From the NCBI GenBank assembly GCA_026004395.1, contig BPJB01000001.1:969226-1033225 (forward strand): a stretch of DNA of 64,000 nucleotides, in the 5' to 3' direction. Source of the stretch: Patescibacteria group bacterium. Its GTDB lineage: Bacteria > Patescibacteriota > Microgenomatia > Levybacterales > UBA12049. The notes below the pieces were generated by a model. That model was not told the DNA's origin, made no database searches, and saw only the letters and a program-made list of their open reading frames with translations. Positions 39,605 to 47,525 of this stretch are shown one piece after another (positions within the stretch are counted from its first letter, which is position 1; the number at the start of each line of letters is the position of its first letter). The position numbers were made by a program, and so were the translations under genes.

Positions 39605-40383
39605 TGATTCAAAAAAGAGATAGATAATCCAACAACACTAATCCCCAGAAGAAGCAAAAATGTCTCCAAAAGTGCAAAGCCTTTCCTATTCTCCTGATGG
39701 ATATCGGGAATAATATCCGCTGCGGCAATATAAATAAAAAATCCTGCTGTTAGAGACAGAGCAAAAGGAATAAAATTCTCAACAAATTCTCCTAATAAAA
39801 GGACAAGAAAAGCTCCCAAAAGTGCTGCTAAAGCGCTGAAAAAATTCAACATTAATACTTTTTTTCGACTTAGCCCTTGATGAAGCAAGATAGCAAAATC
39901 ACCTATTTCCTGAGGAATTTCGTGTGCTGCCACCGCAATGGTTGTAACAATCCCAAGAGGAATACTGGCAATAAATGTTGCCGCAATAACCATCCCATCA
40001 ATCAAATTATGGACACTATCTCCTAACACTACAAGCGCTACTGTTGGCTTTGCTGGTTCCTTATGTGGTCTTTGGTGATGATGAAACCAATGTATAAATC
40101 TCTCAAGTAGAAAAAAGAGAGTTATGCCCAAAAGAGATGTTAAAAAAATAACATTCTGAGTGTATCCTGTTTTCCCCTGAAGACCTTCTGCTTCATGAAG
40201 AGCCTCAGGAAGCAAATCAAGAAAAGCTGATCCTAGAAGTACTCCAGCGGCAAACGCTGCTAGCAAATGCGTAAGCCTATGAGCCAGGTTTTGACGCGAG
40301 AGCAGTAATATGCCTCCAATAAGAGAAAATATACTGCCCAGAATGGTAAAAATAACAATGTATAATATTATTGTTGTTGACAT
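39601..40383 (-). CDS. zupT: ZIP-family zinc transporter ZupT
   Basis: ZIP signature HEIPQEIGDFAILL, a His-rich loop HWFHHHQRPHKE, and about 8 TM helices. Confidence 0.85.
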   Translation of the reverse strand: MSTTIILYIVIFTILGSIFSLIGGILLLSRQNLAHRLTHLLAAFAAGVLLGSAFLDLLPEALHEAEGLQGKTGYTQNVIFLTSLLGITLFFLLERFIHWFHHHQRPHKEPAKPTVALVVLGDSVHNLIDGMVIAATFIASIPLGIVTTIAVAAHEIPQEIGDFAILLHQGLSRKKVLMLNFFSALAALLGAFLVLLLGEFVENFIPFALSLTAGFFIYIAAADIIPDIHQENRKGFALLETFLLLLGISVVGLSISFLNH

Positions 40384-40781
40384 AGTTTACAAATGCCAAA
40401 AAACTCTAGAGAGTGTCGCTTTACGAGAAAATATTTTTTTTGTTTGATTTGTTTTTCAAGATCAGAGATACCACAGTCAAAAATATCTGTAATTCTCCCA
40501 CAATTTTCACAGATCAGATGGTGATGATCATTCCTTCTGAGTTCAAAACGAGAGCGTCCTTCTCCAAACTCAACTTTTTGAATAAGACCTTTTTGTAAAA
40601 AAACATCTAAAATCCGATATATTGTAGCTCGATCAATTTTTTCGTTTCTTGACTGAAGATAATCATAGATCTCCTCCGCATCCTGCGGATATTTTGCCCT
40701 AGATAAAAAATCCAAGACCGCAACTCTTGCAGAGGTCACTTTTAACGCTGAGTGGCGAAGTAAATCTTGTAATTTGTGCAT
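40368..40781 (-). CDS. Fur-family metalloregulator (Zur-like by context)
   Basis: Winged-helix N-terminal domain and the C-terminal metal site HHHLICENCGRITD...C. It overlaps the start of zupT, so the two are co-transcribed. Confidence 0.8.
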   Translation of the reverse strand: MHKLQDLLRHSALKVTSARVAVLDFLSRAKYPQDAEEIYDYLQSRNEKIDRATIYRILDVFLQKGLIQKVEFGEGRSRFELRRNDHHHLICENCGRITDIFDCGISDLEKQIKQKKYFLVKRHSLEFFGICKLCQQQ

Positions 40782-40851
40782 ATGTTAAAAGAAGAAGAAT
40801 CCTTTGAGGATTCTTCTTGAGTGTACAGAAATGTACAATCGAGCAAAACGT

Positions 40852-40911
40852 ATTAATGCAACTTGTTTGCATTAATATCATGAGTATATGCAAATAAATT
40901 GCATTTGTCAA
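40852..40911 (-). promoter_or_regulatory. sigma-70 promoter (TTGACA-17-TATACT) with overlapping Fur-family-type palindromic operators
   Basis: On the minus strand: -35 TTGACA at 40911..40906, a 17 nt spacer, and -10 TATACT at 40888..40883. The spacer holds a 7-1-7 inverted repeat TGCAAAT-A-AATTGCA (40888..40904). A second perfect palindrome ATTAATGCAA-cttgt-TTGCATTAAT (40852..40876) sits at about +1 to +25. Confidence 0.5.
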
Positions 40912-40949
40912 GAGAGATCTATTCTTGACAAATTATTTTGTGTAAATAC

Positions 40950-40982
40950 AAAAAGAACTTCATATTCTGAAGTTCTTTTTGT
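40950..40982 (-). terminator. Rho-independent terminator
   Basis: Perfect 12-bp stem AAAAGAACTTCA/TGAAGTTCTTTT with loop TATTC. On the minus strand it is followed by TTTTTGTATTT. It lies just downstream of the small ORF 41000..41176. Confidence 0.55.
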
Positions 40983-40999
40983 TGAGCAGTTCACTAACA

Positions 41000-41176
41000 C
41001 TAGACGGTTATTTTATTATAATCAGCTTCGCTGACAAATTTTGTGAGACTTCGTCCGTCTGATGTCTTTCCTTTTACAGCATAGCGAGTTCTTCCCTTTA
41101 CTGTATAAGTTACTTTATCTGTGACCTCTGCCTCAACTTTTTGTCGGGTCTTTACATCAAAAAATGTCATTTTCAT
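41000..41176 (-). CDS. small basic protein (58 aa), hypothetical
   Basis: Not in the ORF track because it is under 60 aa. ATG at 41176 follows a strong SD GGAGGTGAGG (plus-strand complement at 41183..41192). Encodes MKMTFFDVKTRQKVEAEVTDKVTYTVKGRTRYAVKGKTSDGRSLTKFVSEADYNKITV. A terminator follows. Confidence 0.35.
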   Translation of the reverse strand: MKMTFFDVKTRQKVEAEVTDKVTYTVKGRTRYAVKGKTSDGRSLTKFVSEADYNKITV

Positions 41177-41324
41177 TTACCTCACCTCCTTCCACTTTTA
41201 CCCTGACACTCGTAAACACTCTCTACAGTAGGCAAATAGCTTCAATTTGTCAAGACCCTTTTCAATTCAATACCTTATACTTTCACCAATGCTTTTCTCT
41301 CCTTTGCTATAATCAAAGAGTTTT

Positions 41325-42470
41325 ATGGTGAAGCTTTTAACTAAACAAAATTTATTTTATGTTTTTGTTGCCATTATCTCAGTAATCTTGCTTATGACTG
41401 ACCTTACAAAACGGCTTCCCAATCTTCCACTTAGTAATGATAAACCCAGCTATTTTGTAGGTAAAGTCGAAGAAGTAATAAAACAAGGCAAAAAAACATT
41501 AAATGGAAGAGAATATTTTTTTCAAGATGTACGGGTAAGCTTCACAGACAAAACTGAGCAAAACCTTGTCATTCGACATGGTGGAGACAGAATTCTCACC
41601 CAAGAACAGATGCTGAGCAAAGGTCAAAATGTTATCATTGCCAAATACAGTCTGTCTTCCCAACCACCCTCCTATGTAATTATGGATTCTTATCGTCTTC
41701 ACTCTCTAGGAATTATTGCTGCGATTTTTTTTACTCTTGTTTTTATTATGACAGGAAAAAGAGGATTGGGCGCTCTTCTGGGTCTTGGATTTAGTCTTCT
41801 TGTCATTATGAAATTTATTATTCCGCTTATATTGTTAGGATTTAACCCACTTTTAATTAGTATTATAGGATCAATCCTAATTCTTATAGTCAGCATCTAT
41901 CTAGCGCATGGTCTAAAAGAGGAGACAACTATTGCCGTTATCTCCACAGGATTAAGCCTGATCATTACAGGTATTCTGGCAGTACTTTTTGTCTCCATAG
42001 CTCAGATGAGTGGATTAGGAGATGAAGATGCTTATTCTCTCCATACACAGTTTCAAAATGTAATCAACTTTCAAGGACTCCTTTTGGGCGGAATAATCAT
42101 TGGTACATTAGGAGTACTAGATGACGTAACAACTGCGCAAACAGCAACTGTGTATGAATTAGCACATGCAAATCAACAACTATCTGTCAAAACAATCATC
42201 AGCAAAGGTCTTAGGGTTGGAAAAGAACATATCACCTCTGTTGTTAATACACTCGTTCTGGCATACGCTGGAGCATCGATGGGAGTATTTATTTTTGTGA
42301 CGCTTGGAATTCAAAACAACTCCACACCCCTCTGGATTATCTTAAATAACGAAATGTTGGCAGAGGAGGTCATCAGAACATTAGCTGGCAGTATAGGGCT
42401 TATCCTTGCTGTCCCTGTTAGTACTGTTCTAGCAGCAATTTATGCACGTTATTCAGTTAAGATTGTTTAA
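41325..42470 (+). CDS. polytopic membrane protein (YibE/F-like), hypothetical
   Basis: N-terminal TM, a soluble domain of about 100 aa, then 7-8 TM helices rich in small residues. Family assignment is tentative. Confidence 0.45.
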   Translation: MVKLLTKQNLFYVFVAIISVILLMTDLTKRLPNLPLSNDKPSYFVGKVEEVIKQGKKTLNGREYFFQDVRVSFTDKTEQNLVIRHGGDRILTQEQMLSKGQNVIIAKYSLSSQPPSYVIMDSYRLHSLGIIAAIFFTLVFIMTGKRGLGALLGLGFSLLVIMKFIIPLILLGFNPLLISIIGSILILIVSIYLAHGLKEETTIAVISTGLSLIITGILAVLFVSIAQMSGLGDEDAYSLHTQFQNVINFQGLLLGGIIIGTLGVLDDVTTAQTATVYELAHANQQLSVKTIISKGLRVGKEHITSVVNTLVLAYAGASMGVFIFVTLGIQNNSTPLWIILNNEMLAEEVIRTLAGSIGLILAVPVSTVLAAIYARYSVKIV

Positions 42471-42519
42471 AATAATTTTCTTACATATTTATTACACACA
42501 TAAGCTAAATTAAGTTGCT

Positions 42520-42789
42520 ATGATAGAAGGGATGGACGATCCTGCCCTTCTTCCACAAGAAATTCATCTGTGGATTGAGCATCATATCACCAAACCAATA
42601 TCAGGATTTGAGCATAAAAAAAGACCTAATGGCAGATGTTATTCTTATTCAGAACAACTTCACGCCACACGGTATCAAATGCGTCTTATAGCCTGCTATT
42701 ATTTAAGACAAGGTCATCCTATCTCTAAGATTATTGAAAAGTTAGCTTTTTTTGCCTCCAAGGACAAAACGTCCTCCATCTGGTATTAG
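42520..42789 (+). CDS. hypothetical protein
   Basis: 89 aa ORF with no recognisable motifs. Confidence 0.3.
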   Translation: MIEGMDDPALLPQEIHLWIEHHITKPISGFEHKKRPNGRCYSYSEQLHATRYQMRLIACYYLRQGHPISKIIEKLAFFASKDKTSSIWY

Positions 42790-42845
42790 TAATCTAAAAT
42801 TTTGTAAAAGAAAAATAAAAAGTACAATTTTTAGAAAAAAAATGG

Positions 42846-43127
42846 TCAAAAATTGGTGTGATAGATTTGAAAATCGGAAAAACGCTTTTTTATGTCCTGC
42901 CATTCTACTTTGATATCTTTCACCTGAGCAAGAAAAGGTCCTTTTCTACATTCTTTGATAAGAGATTCAATATCTTTCTTTTCTCCTTGTACTAGTACTT
43001 CAACGCTGCCATCAGGAAGATTTTGTACCCAGCCAGTAAGACCTAATTGTCTTGCATGGTTTTTGACGAAATGTCTGTATCCCACTCCTTGAACGTATCC
43101 TGTAATAACAATATGAGCTTGAATCAT
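42846..43127 (-). CDS. acyP: acylphosphatase
   Basis: VTGYVQGVGYRHFV and GWVQNLPDGSVEV match the two acylphosphatase signature motifs. Length 93 aa. Confidence 0.85.
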   Translation of the reverse strand: MIQAHIVITGYVQGVGYRHFVKNHARQLGLTGWVQNLPDGSVEVLVQGEKKDIESLIKECRKGPFLAQVKDIKVEWQDIKKRFSDFQIYHTNF

Positions 43128-43183
43128 TGAAGATAAAATAACTAATCAATAATTAGTTACTAATCGAAGAAAAACTAGATGTA

Positions 43184-43567
43184 TTATACACCATATTTTT
43201 CTAACAAAATATCAATATAACTATCTGGAAGTTGAAAGCTTTTCAACACTTGCTTATTTGGACGATAGCGATAACGCTCAATGGGGAAGGTGAAGTCTTT
43301 ATCCACAGGAATTCCCTCTGCTATCAATAAATCTCTTTGAAGATTTTTATCATGAAATCTTGTCCCTTTGATACTAATGTATCCATGGTTATTCACTACT
43401 CTCCACCAAGGAAGATCTATAACGCCTTCAGTTTTGTTAAGCACCCAACCAACTTGTCGAGCAAGTCGGGGGAAACCAGTATAGAGTGCCACTTGACCAT
43501 AACTGACCACTTTTCCGTAAGGCACACTTCTTACAATTTGTATTACTTGTGTTTTAAAAGGAGACAT
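43184..43567 (-). CDS. alkyltransferase-like (ATL) protein, MGMT-family DNA-binding domain lacking the acceptor cysteine
   Basis: VPYGKVVSYGQVA...ARQVGWVLN...LPWWRVVN: the MGMT helix-turn-helix and Asn hinge are present, but the PCHRV active site is replaced by PWWRV. Probable start is the ATG at 43567. Confidence 0.7.
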   Translation of the reverse strand: MSPFKTQVIQIVRSVPYGKVVSYGQVALYTGFPRLARQVGWVLNKTEGVIDLPWWRVVNNHGYISIKGTRFHDKNLQRDLLIAEGIPVDKDFTFPIERYRYRPNKQVLKSFQLPDSYIDILLEKYGV

Positions 43568-43908
43568 AAAATTTATTTTAATTATTTTAAATTTTCTAAC
43601 ATTGGTATTCAATCAAATACAATAAACTCCAGTTCATAACATTCTGAGCTTTCTCATAAATTCTTCTGATATAAGCTAAAGTTGATCAAGCAATCCAACC
43701 TAATAATGCTTGCAAGCTCAACATGAACAAAACATTGCATTCTTCAACAATAAATCTTGCTGAGAAATGTCTATATTGAGCAAATATCAAAAATTTTCTA
43801 ATTTTGCAAACTTATCTCTAAATTCGAATTTATGATATAAATTTATCTACATCCTAATATCTACTAATAGTCAGTTAATTTCGCAATTTGCAAATTAGTA
43901 CTCAAAGA

Positions 43909-44253
43909 TTATTTTTTTGCAGGAACTCTATTGGAGTTTGTTAATATTTTTTTAGCACTAGCTTTTTTTTCTAAATCTCGTAGTTCCTTTAACTTCCACA
44001 TAAAAAGAGCTCCTTTGTTCTTCGCATGAGAATCAATTGCAAAGGAGAGAGCTTTTTCAAGAAGCGAACGATGAACCTCCTTAGCAAGTTTAATATAAAG
44101 TGATTTATGTTTGTAGTCATCAAGAGCTTCAGCTAAATAAAGGCCAAATGTCTGAAATTCACGTGAGATATATTTGTCAGTTGTTGGATTAAATTTATTA
44201 AGAATAGATTTTATATCCTGCATGAGTATAAAGTAGCATGGGAGATCTCTCAT
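43909..44253 (-). CDS. hypothetical protein
   Basis: 114 aa, Lys-rich helical protein. Family unknown. Confidence 0.4.
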   Translation of the reverse strand: MRDLPCYFILMQDIKSILNKFNPTTDKYISREFQTFGLYLAEALDDYKHKSLYIKLAKEVHRSLLEKALSFAIDSHAKNKGALFMWKLKELRDLEKKASAKKILTNSNRVPAKK

Positions 44254-44279
44254 CTACAAGTAGCAAATTTACTCATCTC

Positions 44280-44924
44280 TCACTTCGCGTTAAATCTGTT
44301 TTGCGCAGCAGTGAGTCCTTTCTCAAGTCCAAACTCAAAAGCTTTGGCGCATGTTTTGATCACTTCTCTAATTTTATTGCGATCCTTGCTTCCAAATGTG
44401 CCAAGTACATAATCTTCAACATTGCCTACTGTTCGTCTAGTTTGAGGCCTCTCTTTACCATCTTTATCTACTCTTTGACCATGAGGAATACCTATACCCA
44501 TACGAAATCTCCAAAACTTCTCTGTACCCAAGGCAGCAATCACCGACTCAACACCTTTATGCCCTGCAGCTGATCCACCAAAGCGTATTTTAAACGCTCC
44601 AATAGGAAGATCGAGATCATCGTGCGCAATCCAAATGTCGGATGGATCAATTTTGTAATAATCTGCAACTAACTTTACAGCCATCCCTGAATTGTTCATG
44701 AAAGTCTGCGGTTTGACCAAAATAACACGTTCTGCTTCAGGAGAGTGTTTTGGTTTCCAATCAATAATTGCAATCTGGCTTCTTAATTTTTTTTCATCTC
44801 TCCACTCTGTCTGATGTACCGGAGAATAATCTTTAAAGAATCTCTCAACCGCTAAAAATCCCAGATTATGTCTTGTATTTGCATATTTTTCACCGGGATT
44901 ACCCAATCCAGCAATCAATTTCAT
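44280..44924 (-). CDS. pth: peptidyl-tRNA hydrolase
   Basis: MKLIAGLGNPGEKYANTRHNLGF N-terminus with catalytic His, the HDDLDL motif, and a 214 aa length. Confidence 0.9.
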   Translation of the reverse strand: MKLIAGLGNPGEKYANTRHNLGFLAVERFFKDYSPVHQTEWRDEKKLRSQIAIIDWKPKHSPEAERVILVKPQTFMNNSGMAVKLVADYYKIDPSDIWIAHDDLDLPIGAFKIRFGGSAAGHKGVESVIAALGTEKFWRFRMGIGIPHGQRVDKDGKERPQTRRTVGNVEDYVLGTFGSKDRNKIREVIKTCAKAFEFGLEKGLTAAQNRFNAK

Positions 44925-45037
44925 AATCCATCAAAAATTCTCTGTTTAATTATCAAATAAAACAGATCATAGCCACTATTACGATTAAGAAACATTTTTT
45001 TGGTCTTAGTCTTTTTGTAAAAATTTTTTATCCTCAG

Positions 45038-45469
45038 TTACTTATAGTACGATTTTATCTGGAATAGAAGATAAAAACCAATAAGCCCACCAATAATTGC
45101 TCCTCCAATCGCCAGAGCAACAAGAGATGAAGCCACACCAGCAACTTCTGACCAAAATAAAAGCCTCCAACCCGCAAATTTTAAAGCTTTAAGCTTAGGA
45201 TAAGCTAGAAGCATCAAAACACTTGAGATAAGTGTCAAAACTCCACTAAGAAGTACTGTAAGCGAATTTCCCAATCCACCAAGAACTGCAAGAGGAGAGA
45301 TACCTATAGTACCTAGTCCAGCAATAATACCTAAAATGCCAAAAATAAGAGCGATCCAAGGTGCAATCTTGACAAGGATCTCTTTTGCCCTCTTAGGAAG
45401 AGCTGGCGCTTTGGCAAAAAATCCCTCCATTGTTTTGATAAAATCATCAGTTGATCTGTTCTCTGCCAT
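45038..45469 (-). CDS. small Gly-rich multi-TM membrane protein, hypothetical
   Basis: 143 aa with 3-4 TM helices rich in G/A/I/L. Confidence 0.45.
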   Translation of the reverse strand: MAENRSTDDFIKTMEGFFAKAPALPKRAKEILVKIAPWIALIFGILGIIAGLGTIGISPLAVLGGLGNSLTVLLSGVLTLISSVLMLLAYPKLKALKFAGWRLLFWSEVAGVASSLVALAIGGAIIGGLIGFYLLFQIKSYYK

Positions 45470-45561
45470 TATCTCACCTCCTTCAACTATTCTACAAACT
45501 CAACATTATTATATACTTTTGCTTGGCATATTTATAGAGAGTATATAAACTAAGTTTAGTT

Positions 45562-46956
45562 TTAGAGTTCTAGCATCATTTGAGAGGACTCTTCTGTGTC
45601 CTTTTCTACATCTTCTCCTTCTTTCCAAATCTTTACTACTCCATACTCTCCATCAAACCCCGGCTGAATATAAATCTCCCCGCTTCTTACTTTCAGAATA
45701 GCTTCTGCTACTCTCTCTCCTCCAACTCTTTGAATATCAGAAATACTTGTTTTTAAAAGCACCTCAAACTCTGTGCCAAATTGTTTTATAAGCTCTAAAT
45801 AAAGATTTCTTGTTTTCTGACTTACAACAGTTGAGCTAATAGCCTCTGCAATAATCTCAAGAAGGGGTACAAGTTTAACATAGGGAGGATGAAGTTTGCG
45901 AGGATCTGTGTACCACATAAGTCCATACTCATTTGCTCGTTTTAGCGCCTCTACCTTATTATCACCCGCAAGCTGTTGAAGCCTAAAGAATACTCCTTCA
46001 GTAAGTTTTTTATGACAAACAGGACAACTCCCACCTTTTTTACGTATCTCATCCGGTCCGAAGCTTACACGACATGCACGGTGTCCTGAAAAATGATATT
46101 TCCCTTCTTCAGGATAAAACTCTACCGTATAAACAACACGGTTAGCTGATGCAAACTTATGGTCCGCCATGCTCGTTCCTTGAGCTTGATCTTTATGATC
46201 GCGATCTTTACTTCTTAATAACTTCTCTCTGATGGCATCTCTTATTGCTCTATAAGATATTTCTTCCAAATCAAAAACCGTTGCTTCTCTTCCCATTTTT
46301 GCTGGGCTATGCGCATCAGAAAATGAAAGAATTGAGCGTGACTGAAGTTCTGAAATACTCCAGTTCATTTCAGGATCGGATGAAAGACCTGTCTCTATCC
46401 CATAAACATATGAACTGAGATCTCCAAAAGCCTCTTCAATCGAGTCAAAACCACTTACTGATCCATAGAGACCAAAATGTGGCGTCCAAACATGACAAGG
46501 AATCAAAAAAGCGCGTTCATCAACTTCAAGTATAAGTTCTAATATCTGTTTTGCTGATAAGCCTACGATTGGTCTTCCATCAGCTGAAAGGTTAGCACCC
46601 CTTTTGACTAACTCTTTATTTACCTTTTCTGCAGCCTCCACTGAGGGCACAAAAACTAAATTATGAATACGCCTAATTTTATCCGATTGTTTATAGATGC
46701 TAGAAATCTCAACTGACATGAGAAAATGCACATTTTTTACAGCATCAGTCCCTTTTTGCAGCCGATACAAGCCTTCTGCAGACTCTTCAAGAAGTGTTTT
46801 AATCTCCTTCATCCATAAAGGATGAGTCCAGTCAGAGCTTGAAAGAATATTTATTCCTTTTTCAAGAGCAAATTGTGCCATTACAGGAAAAGTCATTTGA
46901 GAAGAGACTGCGCGAGAGTATTTACTATGTAGATGTAGATCCGCAACTACGTGCAT
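45562..46956 (-). CDS. PHP-domain protein, EndoQ / TIGR00375-like (putative DNA-lesion endonuclease)
   Basis: N-terminal PHP motif HVVADLHLHSKYSRA with further His/Asp metal ligands, and a zinc-ribbon-like CRVSFGPDEIRKKGGSCPVCH in the C-terminal half. Function is inferred from the domain pair. Confidence 0.55.
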   Translation of the reverse strand: MHVVADLHLHSKYSRAVSSQMTFPVMAQFALEKGINILSSSDWTHPLWMKEIKTLLEESAEGLYRLQKGTDAVKNVHFLMSVEISSIYKQSDKIRRIHNLVFVPSVEAAEKVNKELVKRGANLSADGRPIVGLSAKQILELILEVDERAFLIPCHVWTPHFGLYGSVSGFDSIEEAFGDLSSYVYGIETGLSSDPEMNWSISELQSRSILSFSDAHSPAKMGREATVFDLEEISYRAIRDAIREKLLRSKDRDHKDQAQGTSMADHKFASANRVVYTVEFYPEEGKYHFSGHRACRVSFGPDEIRKKGGSCPVCHKKLTEGVFFRLQQLAGDNKVEALKRANEYGLMWYTDPRKLHPPYVKLVPLLEIIAEAISSTVVSQKTRNLYLELIKQFGTEFEVLLKTSISDIQRVGGERVAEAILKVRSGEIYIQPGFDGEYGVVKIWKEGEDVEKDTEESSQMMLEL

Positions 46957-47054
46957 ATAAGTATTTTACCATGCGCTAAATACTTGTACGCTATGCTCTT
47001 TATTTTTTATACTTTATATAGATCCTCCTATATTTCATCGACCTCTTTTTAATT

Positions 47055-47525
47055 ATGAGTGAATTTTTACGACGATCATTATTGAGAAAAAAAACGCGTT
47101 TTCCTGACGTTGTCTATGTTCCGCATGCAGAAACAGCTGCAAAACTAAGTCAAAATGCAGATGCTCCTTATCATATCTGGGTAGGAGAACCTCCACCTGA
47201 TGTTAATGCTACTCTGATAGAGGAACTACTCCCAGATCAACCAGATCATCAAAAATATAATGGACTTATTGAAGAAGATAAATATCAACAACCTTTTAAA
47301 ACTCCATTTAATCCGCGTGATATTCCTCCTCCAAGAGAAAAGAGCGCAAAAGGAAAAGTAGTGTTTACAATTAATCCGGATGACCACGATGTTCTCCAAG
47401 AACAAGAACTAAATTCTTTTTTAATAAATACTCAAAAACCTGTACCTCTAAGGCATAGCTCGTTTGAGCTCTTCTCTCGTATTCTCTCAGTAAGCAAAAA
47501 AATCTTCTCAGATGAAAAAACTTAA
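47055..47525 (+). CDS. hypothetical protein
   Basis: 156 aa ORF filling the gap between the PHP protein and the DNA ligase. No motif recognised. Confidence 0.4.
   Translation: MSEFLRRSLLRKKTRFPDVVYVPHAETAAKLSQNADAPYHIWVGEPPPDVNATLIEELLPDQPDHQKYNGLIEEDKYQQPFKTPFNPRDIPPPREKSAKGKVVFTINPDDHDVLQEQELNSFLINTQKPVPLRHSSFELFSRILSVSKKIFSDEKT

Noticed and set aside
43803-43896. TTTGCAAA / AATTTGCAAATT palindromes between the ATL gene and the upstream ORF
   Set aside because: Short AT-rich palindromes of this kind are expected by chance in 30-35% GC DNA. They are 200-280 nt from the nearest start codon. Not compelling as operators.
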